From positions 352,001 to 416,000 of the forward strand of contig CAVURN010000003.1 of the NCBI GenBank assembly GCA_963743915.1: a stretch of 64,000 nucleotides of DNA, in the 5' to 3' direction. The first letter of the stretch is position 1; the number at the start of each line of letters is the position of its first letter. Position numbers and translations under genes: made by a program. Of this stretch, positions 29,685 through 38,729 are shown piece by piece. The DNA comes from an uncultured Actinomycetota bacterium. Lineage in GTDB: Bacteria; Actinomycetota; Actinomycetes; JAHEKZ01. The notes below the pieces were generated by a model that was given only the letters and a program-made list of their open reading frames with translations, did not search any database and was not told the origin of the DNA.

Positions 29685-31052
29685 GTGACGGTCACCGAGC
29701 TGCCCGACCGCGGCGAGCGCGACTTCACCGCAGCCTTCGACCGCACCCCTCCGCAAGACCTCGAGGCCGAGCAGAGCGTCCTCGGTGGGATGCTGCTCTC
29801 CAAGGACGCCATCGCCGACGTCGTCGAGACGGTCCGCGGGGCCGACTTCTACAAGCCGGCCCACCAGACGATCTACGAGTCGATCCTCGACCTCTACGGG
29901 CGTGGTGAGCCGGCCGACGCCATCACCGTCTCGGCCGAGCTGGGCAGGCAGGGCGAGCTCGGCCGGGTCGGCGGGGCCCCCTACCTGCACACCTTGATCT
30001 CGTCGGTGCCCACCGCCGCGAATGCCGGGTACTACGCGCGGATCGTCTCCGAGCGCGCGATCATGCGCCGCCTGGTCGAGGCCGGCACCCGGATCACGCA
30101 GATGGGGTACTCCGACACCGGCGAGGTCGACGAGGTCGTCGACCGCGCGCAGGCGGAGATCTACCAGGTCACCGAGCGACGCACGAGCGAGGACTACGCG
30201 CCGCTGGCCGAGATCATGGAAGGCACCCTCGACGAGATCGAGGCCATCGGATCGCGCGGCGGCACCATGGTCGGCGTCCCGACCGGTTTCACCGACCTCG
30301 ACGGCCTCACCAACGGACTGCACCCCGGCCAGCTCGTGGTGGTGGCGGCGCGCCCCGGTCTCGGCAAGTCCACCCTCGCCCTGGACTTCGCGCGCGCCGC
30401 GTCCATCAAGCACGGCCTCACCAGCGTCATCTTCTCCCTGGAGATGACGCGGAACGAGATCACCATGCGGCTGCTCTCCGCCGAGGCGCGGGTCGGCCTG
30501 CACCACATGCGTACCGGCAGCCTCGGCGACGACGACTGGACCAAGCTCGCCCGCAAGATGTCCGAGGTCGCCAGCGCCCCGCTGTTCATCGACGACTCGC
30601 CGAACATGACGATGATGGAGATCCGGGCGAAGTGCCGGCGCCTCAAGCAGCGGCACGACCTCAAGCTCGTCGTGGTCGACTACCTCCAGCTGATGAGCAG
30701 CGGAAAGCGCGTCGAGAGCCGCCAGCAGGAGGTCGCGGAGTTCTCCCGGGCGTTGAAGCTGCTGGCCAAGGAGCTCGAGGTGCCGGTGGTCGCTCTCAGC
30801 CAGCTCAACCGTGGTCCGGAGCAGCGCACCGACAAGAAGCCCATGCTCGCCGACCTCCGCGAGAGCGGTTCGATCGAGCAGGATGCCGACCTCGTCATGC
30901 TGCTCCACCGCGAGGACGCGTACGAGCGCGAGTCGCCGCGTGCGGGTGAGGCCGACTTCATCGTCGCCAAGCACCGCAACGGTCCGACGGCGACGATCAC
31001 CGTCGCCTTCCAGGGCCACTACTCGCGCTTCGTGGACATGGCCCACGGCTAG
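29685..31052 (+). CDS. dnaB: Replicative DNA helicase (no intein)
   Basis: PPQDLEAEQSVLG, AARPGLGKST, VDYLQL, LRESGSIEQDAD, KHRNGP. Confidence 0.98.
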   Translation: MTVTELPDRGERDFTAAFDRTPPQDLEAEQSVLGGMLLSKDAIADVVETVRGADFYKPAHQTIYESILDLYGRGEPADAITVSAELGRQGELGRVGGAPYLHTLISSVPTAANAGYYARIVSERAIMRRLVEAGTRITQMGYSDTGEVDEVVDRAQAEIYQVTERRTSEDYAPLAEIMEGTLDEIEAIGSRGGTMVGVPTGFTDLDGLTNGLHPGQLVVVAARPGLGKSTLALDFARAASIKHGLTSVIFSLEMTRNEITMRLLSAEARVGLHHMRTGSLGDDDWTKLARKMSEVASAPLFIDDSPNMTMMEIRAKCRRLKQRHDLKLVVVDYLQLMSSGKRVESRQQEVAEFSRALKLLAKELEVPVVALSQLNRGPEQRTDKKPMLADLRESGSIEQDADLVMLLHREDAYERESPRAGEADFIVAKHRNGPTATITVAFQGHYSRFVDMAHG

Positions 31053-31063
31053 GCAGGCACGTC

Positions 31064-31486
31064 TCAGTCGTTGATGGCCTCGACGCCTTGCCGCTTCAGC
31101 TCCTCCAGATGGGCACGCATCTGCTCCACCACCTCGGGGGCGTGGGGCGTCCAGTCCACCACCTCGGCGACGACGCGCAGCGGCTCCCGCGTGCGGTACG
31201 AGCGCGTCGGGTTGCCGGGGAACTTCTTGTCCGTCAGGTTGGGGTCGTCCTCGTAGGGGCCGGTCGCCTCGACCTGGTAGATCCTGCCCGGCCCGTCCCC
31301 CACGGCCAGCTCCGCGCCCCAGGTGGCGGCATCCAGGGTCGCGGTCAGGTAGAGGAAGTTCGCCTTCTGTCGCTGACCGAAGTTGGAGCTGTTGCCCACC
31401 TGCAGCAGGTCTCCCGCCTTCAGGTCTGCCTTCGTCCCGTGGAAGAAGGGTCCGGGATCCGGCGGGTTCTTCGGTTCGTTCGGCAC
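31064..31486 (-). CDS. arr: NAD(+)-rifampin ADP-ribosyltransferase
   Basis: FFHGTKADL, AATWGAELA, EDDPNLTDKKFPGNPTRSYR. Confidence 0.96.
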   Translation of the reverse strand: MPNEPKNPPDPGPFFHGTKADLKAGDLLQVGNSSNFGQRQKANFLYLTATLDAATWGAELAVGDGPGRIYQVEATGPYEDDPNLTDKKFPGNPTRSYRTREPLRVVAEVVDWTPHAPEVVEQMRAHLEELKRQGVEAIND

Positions 31487-31575
31487 GGTCACCCCCTCGA
31501 CTCTCGGCAGACTATCCCGATGACCAGTCCTCAACGGCCGAGGTGGATCCCTCGCCGCCGCGCAACAATGCAGCC

Positions 31576-32997
31576 GTGAGGATCCTGTCGATCGACCAGG
31601 GAACGTCCGGCACCAAGGCGATCGTCGTCGAGGACGACGGGTCGGTCAGTGCGCTCGCCGAAGTCCCTGTCCATCCGCAGTCCCCCACACCGGGCGCGGT
31701 CGAGCAGGATCCGGCCGAGCTGCTCGAATCGGTGCTCTCGTCCGGCCGTCGGGCGCTGGACGACGCGGGCGGGAGCGTTGACGCGGTGGCGCTCGCCAAC
31801 CAGGGCGAGACGGTGCTCACCTGGGACCCGGTCAGCGGACGACCGCTGTCGACTGCTCTGGTCTGGCAGGACAGCAGGGCCCAAGAGGTGTGCGACCGGC
31901 TCAGCGACCATCGTGAGCTGATCCACCAGCGCACCGGGCTCGTCCTGGATCCCTACTTCTCGGCACCGAAGATGGCCTGGCTGCGCCAGCACGGTGCCAC
32001 CGAGGGTGTGGTGACGACGACCGACAGCTGGCTCGTCCACCAGCTGACGGGTGCCTTTGTCACCGATGCGGCGACGGCGAGCCGTTCGCTGGTCCTCGAC
32101 GTCGACACCGCGGCATGGGACCGCGGGCTGCTCGACATCTTCGGCCTGGCCGACGAGCGGATGCCCCTGGTGGTCTCGAACGACGAGGTCGTCGGCACCA
32201 CCACGGCCTTCGGTGGCGAGGTACCGGTCGCGGGTCTGGTCGTCGACCAGCAGGCGGCGCTGCTCGCGGAAGGCTGCACGGAGGTGGGGCGCGCCAAGTG
32301 CACCTACGGCACCGGGGCATTCCTGCTCGCGAACACGGGCACCGTTGCCCCGCGATCGACCCACGGACTCACCACGTCAGTGGCGTGGCGCACGCGTGAA
32401 GGCGTCCAGTACTGCCTCGACGGACAGGTCTACACGGCGGCCTCCGCCCTCCGGTGGCTCGCCGACCTCGGCCTGGTCGAGGACGTCAGGCAGCTCGACG
32501 GCGCTGCTGCGCCCGACAGCGACGGCGCCCTCTTCGTGCCTGCGCTGGCCGGCCTCGGTGCGCCCTGGTGGCGGTCCGAGGCGCGGGCCAGCTTCTCGGG
32601 CATGAGCCTTGCGACGACACGTGCTCACCTGGTGCGCGCAGTCATCGAGGGGGTCGCGGCCACCGTGGCACGTCTCGTGCAGGTCGTCGGCGACGAGGTG
32701 GGCAGCCCGGTGAGCAGCCTCCGGGTCGACGGTGGTCTCACGCACTCGGCCGCCCTGATGCAGGCGCAGGCGGACCTGCTCCAGATACCCGTCGAGGTGT
32801 ATCCGTCGGCCCACGCCACCCCTCTTGGTGCCGCGGTGCTGGCCCGCATGGCGGTGACCGGTGTCGACCTGGCAGACGCCGCCTGGCCGTGGTCGCCGTC
32901 GCACACCTACCAGCCGTCCTGGACGTCGGACCGCGCCGAGGCGTTCCTCGCACGGTGGGAGCGGGCCGTGGATGCGACGCTCGGTGACGACCGATGA
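31576..32997 (+). CDS. FGGY-family carbohydrate kinase (glycerol-kinase-like)
   Basis: IDQGTSGTK, ANQGET, WQD.R, DPYFSAPK, DQQAAL, KCTYGTG.F, RVDGG. Confidence 0.92.
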   Translation: MRILSIDQGTSGTKAIVVEDDGSVSALAEVPVHPQSPTPGAVEQDPAELLESVLSSGRRALDDAGGSVDAVALANQGETVLTWDPVSGRPLSTALVWQDSRAQEVCDRLSDHRELIHQRTGLVLDPYFSAPKMAWLRQHGATEGVVTTTDSWLVHQLTGAFVTDAATASRSLVLDVDTAAWDRGLLDIFGLADERMPLVVSNDEVVGTTTAFGGEVPVAGLVVDQQAALLAEGCTEVGRAKCTYGTGAFLLANTGTVAPRSTHGLTTSVAWRTREGVQYCLDGQVYTAASALRWLADLGLVEDVRQLDGAAAPDSDGALFVPALAGLGAPWWRSEARASFSGMSLATTRAHLVRAVIEGVAATVARLVQVVGDEVGSPVSSLRVDGGLTHSAALMQAQADLLQIPVEVYPSAHATPLGAAVLARMAVTGVDLADAAWPWSPSHTYQPSWTSDRAEAFLARWERAVDATLGDDR

Positions 32998-34370
32998 CCG
33001 CGCCACCGTTCGACGTCGTCGTCATCGGTGCGGGTGTCGTGGGATGCGCCGTGGCCCGTCAGCTCGCGGGCCACCAGCTGTCGGTGGCGCTGGTGGAGTC
33101 ACGACGCGACGTGGGAGACGTCACGAGCAAGGCGAACACCGCCATCCTGCACACCGGGTTCGACGCGACTCCGGGGACTCTCGAGTCGCGCCTGGTGTCC
33201 CGGGGCTACGAGCTGCTCTCCGACTACGCCGCGGTCACGGGCATTCCCGTCGAACGAACCGGCGCAGTGCTCGTCGCCTGGACGGACGAGGAGCTGGCAG
33301 CGTTGCCTGCGCTGCGCGAGAAGGCTGAGCGCAACGGCTACCGGCGCTGCGAGCTCCTCACGGCCGAGGCCGTCTACGCCCTGGTGTCGTCGCTCGGACC
33401 AGGCGCCCTCGGAGGCATGAGCGTCCCCGACGAGTCGATCATCTGTCCGTGGACGACCACGCTGGCGTTGGCCACCGACTCCCTGCAGCGTGGCGTCGCG
33501 CTGCACCTCGCCCACACCGTCACCGATGTGGTGGTCGACGGACCGATCACCACGGTGGTCACCGACCAGGGAGACCTGTCCACCCGGTGGGTGGTCAACG
33601 CCGCGGGTCTGGGCGCAGACATCATCGACCGACGGCTGGGCCACGACCGGTTCACCGTCGTTCCCCGACGGGGTGAGCTGTTGGTGTTCGACAAGCTGGC
33701 GCGCGCCCTGGTCGACACCATCGTGCTGCCGGTGCCCAGCAGCAAGGGCAAGGGTGTGCTCGTGAGTCCGACCATCTACGGCAACGTGATGCTCGGTCCG
33801 ACGGCTGAGGACAGGACGGACCGCACCGACACATCGACCTCCGAGGACGGCATCGCGTTCCTCCTGGACAAGGGACGGACGCTCATGCCGGCGCTGCTGG
33901 ATGAGGAGGTGACCGCCACCTACGCGGGGCTGCGAGCAGCCACCGAGCACGGGGACTACGTCATCGAGCTCGACGTCGCACAGCGCTCGTTGCTGCTCGG
34001 TGGCATCCGGTCCACCGGACTCACGGCGTCGTTGGCGATCGCCGAGCATGCAGCCGAGCTGCTCGGAGCAGCGCTCGAGATGTCTCCACGACACGACCTC
34101 CCCGAACCACCGCGGATGCCGATGATCGGTGAGAGCTTCCCGCGTCCGTACGAGCGTTCGGATCTGATCGACGGCGACAGCGCGTACGGGACACTCGTGT
34201 GCTTCTGCGAGCGGGTGAGCCTCGGTGAGATCCGGGACGCCGTGACCTCACCGTTGCCGCCCTCCGATCTCGACGGCCTCCGACGACGCACGCGGGCCAT
34301 GATGGGCCGCTGCCAGGGGTTCTACTGCGGCGCCGAGGTCGAGGCGCTGCTGAAGGCGGGAACCCGATGA
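32994..34370 (+). CDS. FAD-dependent oxidoreductase (GlpA/LhgO-like) with C-terminal BFD-like [2Fe-2S] domain
   Basis: VIGAGVVG, TSKANTAILHTG, AGLRA, GIRSTGLT, VCFCE...MGRCQGFYC. Confidence 0.9.
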   Translation: MTAPPFDVVVIGAGVVGCAVARQLAGHQLSVALVESRRDVGDVTSKANTAILHTGFDATPGTLESRLVSRGYELLSDYAAVTGIPVERTGAVLVAWTDEELAALPALREKAERNGYRRCELLTAEAVYALVSSLGPGALGGMSVPDESIICPWTTTLALATDSLQRGVALHLAHTVTDVVVDGPITTVVTDQGDLSTRWVVNAAGLGADIIDRRLGHDRFTVVPRRGELLVFDKLARALVDTIVLPVPSSKGKGVLVSPTIYGNVMLGPTAEDRTDRTDTSTSEDGIAFLLDKGRTLMPALLDEEVTATYAGLRAATEHGDYVIELDVAQRSLLLGGIRSTGLTASLAIAEHAAELLGAALEMSPRHDLPEPPRMPMIGESFPRPYERSDLIDGDSAYGTLVCFCERVSLGEIRDAVTSPLPPSDLDGLRRRTRAMMGRCQGFYCGAEVEALLKAGTR

Positions 34371-35614
34371 CGGCGCAGACGGAGTCGGTCGATGTCGTGG
34401 TCGTCGGTGCCGGGCCGGCTGGGCTCACGGCCGCAGCAGAGCTTCGGTGCCGCGGCGTCCCCTCCGTCGTGGTGCTCGACCGCGAGGTCCAGGCGGGCGG
34501 CATCCCCCGCCACAGCGACCACACCGGTTTCGGTGTCCGTGACCTCCGTCGGCTGCTGAGCGGTCCGGCGTACGCACGACGGCTGGTGCAGCTGGCGGAG
34601 TCGGCTGGTGCGCAGATCCGGACCCGGTCGATGGTCACCGGCTGGGCGGACGACGCCGCACTCCTGGTCACCAGTCCGCAAGGCCGCTACCGGCTGGACG
34701 CCGGAGCCGTCGTGCTCGCCACGGGGGCACGGGAGCGGCCACGCAGCGCGCGGTTGGTCCCGGGCGATCGCCCAGCAGGTGTGCTGACCACAGGACAGCT
34801 GCAGAACGCGGTGCACCTGCACGGCCGACCGGTGGACGGCCCCGCGGTCATCGTGGGCTCTGAGCTCGTCAGCTGGTCGGCGGCGATGACGTTGCGCGAA
34901 GCCGGGTGTCGCTCGGCGGTCATGGTGACGCCTCACCCGCGCCCGGAGGCCTACGGCGCCTTCGCGGTCACCGGACGGGTGGCGCTCGGTGTCGATCTGC
35001 GCACGCATACCCGAGTGACGCGCATCCTCGGTCACGACCGGGTCGAGGCGGTCGAGCTCACAGATCTCGCGACCGGAAGGCGGTATCTGGAGCCCTGCAG
35101 CACGGTGGTGTTCACCGGGGACTGGATCCCTGACCACGAGCTCGCCCGACTGCGCGGGATCGAGATCGACCCCGCCCACCGGGGACCGCTCGTCGACGCT
35201 GCGCTCCGCACCAGCGCACCCGGGGTCTTCGCGATCGGCAATCTGGTTCATCCGGTCGACACGGCGGACGTCGCGGCCCTGGACGGCAGACACGTGGCGG
35301 GCGCGGTGGCCGCCCACCTCGAATCCGGCGACCGACGCTCGCCGGCCGTGCGACTGCGGGCCGAAGCCCCGTTCCGCTGGGTGACACCCGGCTGGCTCCG
35401 CCCCGACGCCGGCGCACCTCCGCGTCACCGGCTGCTGCTGTGGGCCGACGAACACCACCGCACACCACAGGTCGTGGCGCGGCAGGGAGCCTCGGTCATC
35501 GGCCGGAGGCGGCTCCCCTGGCCGGCGTCACCCGGACGCATGTTCCGCGTGCCGTGGAGCCTGGTCGCCGATGCAGACCCGGAAGCGGGTGACGTCACGC
35601 TCTCCCTTGCGTGA
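34367..35614 (+). CDS. NAD(P)/FAD-dependent oxidoreductase (pyridine nucleotide-disulfide fold)
   Basis: VGAGPAGL, GGIPRHSDHTGFG, LATGARER, TS.PGVFAIGN; coupled to the upstream gene. Confidence 0.9.
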   Translation: MTAQTESVDVVVVGAGPAGLTAAAELRCRGVPSVVVLDREVQAGGIPRHSDHTGFGVRDLRRLLSGPAYARRLVQLAESAGAQIRTRSMVTGWADDAALLVTSPQGRYRLDAGAVVLATGARERPRSARLVPGDRPAGVLTTGQLQNAVHLHGRPVDGPAVIVGSELVSWSAAMTLREAGCRSAVMVTPHPRPEAYGAFAVTGRVALGVDLRTHTRVTRILGHDRVEAVELTDLATGRRYLEPCSTVVFTGDWIPDHELARLRGIEIDPAHRGPLVDAALRTSAPGVFAIGNLVHPVDTADVAALDGRHVAGAVAAHLESGDRRSPAVRLRAEAPFRWVTPGWLRPDAGAPPRHRLLLWADEHHRTPQVVARQGASVIGRRRLPWPASPGRMFRVPWSLVADADPEAGDVTLSLA

Positions 35615-35680
35615 CCTGCGACCCTGGCGCGCTGGGCGCCCGACACCGAGCATGGTGGAGGGGGAGGAATGGGGTGTGTC

Positions 35681-36946
35681 ATGTTCCTCGATCGCCGTGA
35701 CGCGGGACGTCAGCTGGCCCACCGACTCGAGGCTTGGCGCGGAACCGACCTCGTGGTGCTCGGACTGCCCCGAGGCGGTGTCCCTGTGGCCGCGGAGGTG
35801 GCGCGCGCCCTGGGGGCGTCACTCGACGTGATCGTCGTCCGCAAGGTGGGCGTGCCGTGGCAGCCGGAGCTGGCGATGGGAGCGGTCGGCGAGGAAGGCG
35901 TCCGGGTGGTGAACGAGGACGTCCTGCGGCAGGCCGACGTGCCGGCGGATGCCCTCGAGGCTGCGGTTCGACGCGAGACAGCCGAGGTCGAGCGTCGGGC
36001 CCTGCTGTACCGCGGCAACCGGCCGCGCGTGCCTCTGTCCGGACGGACCGCGCTGATCGTCGATGACGGCATCGCCACCGGGGCCACCGCGCGCGCCGCA
36101 TGTCAGGTCGCCAGGGCCCACGGTGCCGCTCACGTCGTGCTCGCGGTACCGGTCGCACCCCACGGCTGGAGTCGCAGCTTCGCCTCGGTGGCCGACGAGT
36201 GCGTCGACGTCGAGGCGCCAGAGAGCTTCTTCGCCGTCGGGGCTCACTACCGGGACTTCACGCCGACGAGTGACGAAGAAGTCGTCGACCAGCTCACCTC
36301 GCAGCCACCGCACGAGGAGCAGCTGGCGATCCCGTGCAACGGATCGATGCTCGCGGGAACACTGACTCTGCCGTCGCTCGCGCAGGGGCTCGTGGTCTTC
36401 GCACACGGAAGTGGCAGCAGTCACCGCAGCGTCCGCAACCGGTTCGTCGCCCGTCAGCTGGTCGACGCCGGCTTCGCCACCGGCTTGTTCGACCTGCTCA
36501 CCGAGGTCGAGGAGCACGATCGGGCCAACGTGTTCGACATCGAGATGCTCACCGGGCGACTGCTGGTCATCACCGACTGGCTCCAGGAGCAGCCGGTGCT
36601 GAACGGTCTTCCGCTCGGGTACTTCGGAGCGAGCACCGGAGCCGCCGCCGCGCTGGCGGCGGCAGCCCGACGGGGCGACCGCGTGGCCGCAGTGGTCAGC
36701 CGCGGCGGCCGACCCGACCTCGCGATGCCGGTGCTCCGATCCGTGACGGCACCCACGCTGCTGATCGTCGGTGGCGCCGACGAGCTGGTGCTCGACCTGA
36801 ACCGCCAGGCCCTCGCCGAGCTCCACTGCCCCGCCGATCTCACCGTGGTCCCCGGCGCCACCCACCTGTTCGCCGAGCCGGGCGCGCTGGAGGCGGTCGC
36901 CGAGATGGCCGGTCAATGGTTCGGCAAGCACCTCGTCCGACGTTGA
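35681..36946 (+). CDS. Phosphoribosyltransferase fused to a dienelactone-hydrolase-like domain
   Basis: F.DRRDAG, GLPRGGVPV, IVDDGIATGAT; FAHGSGSS, GYFGASTG, SRGGRPDL, ATHLF. Confidence 0.9.
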   Translation: MFLDRRDAGRQLAHRLEAWRGTDLVVLGLPRGGVPVAAEVARALGASLDVIVVRKVGVPWQPELAMGAVGEEGVRVVNEDVLRQADVPADALEAAVRRETAEVERRALLYRGNRPRVPLSGRTALIVDDGIATGATARAACQVARAHGAAHVVLAVPVAPHGWSRSFASVADECVDVEAPESFFAVGAHYRDFTPTSDEEVVDQLTSQPPHEEQLAIPCNGSMLAGTLTLPSLAQGLVVFAHGSGSSHRSVRNRFVARQLVDAGFATGLFDLLTEVEEHDRANVFDIEMLTGRLLVITDWLQEQPVLNGLPLGYFGASTGAAAALAAAARRGDRVAAVVSRGGRPDLAMPVLRSVTAPTLLIVGGADELVLDLNRQALAELHCPADLTVVPGATHLFAEPGALEAVAEMAGQWFGKHLVRR

Positions 36947-36973
36947 CCCTCACGCGACGTCAGGCTCTAGCGT
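36943..36973 (+). promoter_or_regulatory. MerR-type promoter with 19-bp spacer and tipA-like dyad
   Basis: TTGACC-N19-TAGCGT with dyad CCTCACG-cga-CGTCAGG (36948-36964); ATG 7 nt downstream, so probably leaderless. Confidence 0.8.
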
Positions 36974-36980
36974 CTCCGAC

Positions 36981-37754
36981 ATGGGTGATAGGACCGTCGG
37001 AGAGGTGGCGACGGCCACTGGGCTCACCGTGCGCACGCTCCACCACTACGACGCGATCGGTCTGGTCGTGCCGAGCGGCCGTTCGGCCTCCGGGTACCGG
37101 CTCTACTCGGACGAGGACGTCGAGCGACTGCACGCAGTGTGCACCTACCGCGCACTGGGTCTGTCGCTGGAGTCCATCGGCGAGATCCTGGCCGACGGGG
37201 ACACCGACACTCACCTGCGGCGCCAGCACGCGCTGGTGGCCGATCAGATCGCCCGGCTGCGCGACGTGCAGCTGACGCTGGAGACGATGATCGAGGCGAG
37301 GAGCATCAACGTGGACCTGACTCCGGAGGAGACCTTCGAGCTCTTCGGCGAGCACGACCCGCGTGCGCACCAGGAGGAGGTCGAGGAGCGGTGGGGTGAG
37401 ACCGACGCCTATCGCGAGTCGACCCGGCGCGTTCGGCGCTACGGCCCGGCGGATTGGCGCGAGATCAAGGCCGAGGGTGAGGAGATCGAGCAGCGCTTCG
37501 CCGAGCTTCTGCGTCAGGGCTGTCGACCGGACGCGCCGGAGGCTCGCGCCGCTGCGGAGCGGCACCGGATACACATCGAGCGGTGGTTCTATCCCTGTTC
37601 GCTCGTGATGCATCGGGGCTTGGCTGAGCTGTACGTGACCGATCGCCGCTTCGCCGCCCACTACGACGGACGCGAGCCGGGGCTCGCCGAGTTCGTCAGC
37701 AGAGCGATCACCGCCAATGCCGCTGCCGCCAACGCTGAGGATGATCCTTCCTAA
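36981..37754 (+). CDS. tipA: MerR-family regulator with TipAS domain
   Basis: TVRTLHHYDAIGLV.P, GYRLY, EERWGETDAYRES, LYVTDRRF...PGLAEF. Confidence 0.88.
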   Translation: MGDRTVGEVATATGLTVRTLHHYDAIGLVVPSGRSASGYRLYSDEDVERLHAVCTYRALGLSLESIGEILADGDTDTHLRRQHALVADQIARLRDVQLTLETMIEARSINVDLTPEETFELFGEHDPRAHQEEVEERWGETDAYRESTRRVRRYGPADWREIKAEGEEIEQRFAELLRQGCRPDAPEARAAAERHRIHIERWFYPCSLVMHRGLAELYVTDRRFAAHYDGREPGLAEFVSRAITANAAAANAEDDPS

Positions 37755-37804
37755 TTCGTCGTGAACAATGACGGTCACCTGCCACCGTCCGTTGGGATCC
37801 ACTC

Positions 37805-38620
37805 GTGTCGCGCTCGTCCGCCGCGGTCCTGACCGGGCTGGCTCGTGGGTGCCACCCGGGGCCGACCTTCGTGGTCACTCTGGTCGCGGCACTGCTGACC
37901 GTCTCCGGCGGCGCACGCGCATCGACGACGGCTCTCGTGACGCTCACGGTGCTGACCGGACAGCTCTCCATCGGTTGGTCGAACGACTGGCTGGATGCGG
38001 CACGTGACCGGACGCGGCAGGACAAGCCGACGGCGGCCGGTGTCATCAGTCCGCTGACGTTGCGGGCCGCGGCCGTCATCGCCCTGGTGGCGACCACGCT
38101 GCTCTCCGTCCTGCCGTCCTGGCCCCACGGCCTGTGGCAGCTGGTGCTGGTCGGTGCCGGCTGGAGCTACAACCTGGGACTGAAGTCCACGGTGGCCTCG
38201 CCGGTCCCCTATGCGGTGGGCTTCGGGGCACTTCCGGGGTACGCCCTGACCGCAGCCGGTGCTGCCCTCGAGTGGTGGGTGCTGGCGGCCGGGGCGCTGC
38301 TCGGGGTGGCTGCGCACTTCGCCAATGCTGCGCCGGACGTCGAGCTCGACCGTTCCCAGGGAGTCGATGGACTGCCCCAGCGACTGGGGGCCCCGCTCTC
38401 GCTCGGCCTCGCCCTCGCGGTGCTCGCGGCGGCCGGAACGCTGCTCATCGGACACCTCGACGTGTCGCCGCCCGCCGTTGCCGCGGCGGCAGGGTTGGTG
38501 CTGCTGCCGCTGCTCGTGGGACTGGGGGCGCTGGTACGGGGCGGCGACAAGTCGCTGACCTTCCGACTGGTGATGGTGGCTGCAGTGCTGGACGTCGCCC
38601 TGCTGGTTGTCGCTGCGTGA
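37805..38620 (+). CDS. UbiA-family prenyltransferase
   Basis: CHPGPT, GQLSIGWSNDWLD..RD...DKP, YNLGLKST, HFANA.PD..D; multi-TM. Start approximate. Confidence 0.87.
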   Translation: MSRSSAAVLTGLARGCHPGPTFVVTLVAALLTVSGGARASTTALVTLTVLTGQLSIGWSNDWLDAARDRTRQDKPTAAGVISPLTLRAAAVIALVATTLLSVLPSWPHGLWQLVLVGAGWSYNLGLKSTVASPVPYAVGFGALPGYALTAAGAALEWWVLAAGALLGVAAHFANAAPDVELDRSQGVDGLPQRLGAPLSLGLALAVLAAAGTLLIGHLDVSPPAVAAAAGLVLLPLLVGLGALVRGGDKSLTFRLVMVAAVLDVALLVVAA

Positions 38621-38729
38621 TCGCCGGCCGGGTCGTCCGGCCCTGCTCGATGAACCTCTCCCCGGGTTACCGTCGGGGTGCTGACCCAGGGCACACCGCT
38701 CCCGGGCGGCTCGCGCACTGGGATCCACC

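Noticed and set aside
29685-31052. Intein in DnaB
   Set aside because: Normal length with continuous helicase motifs.
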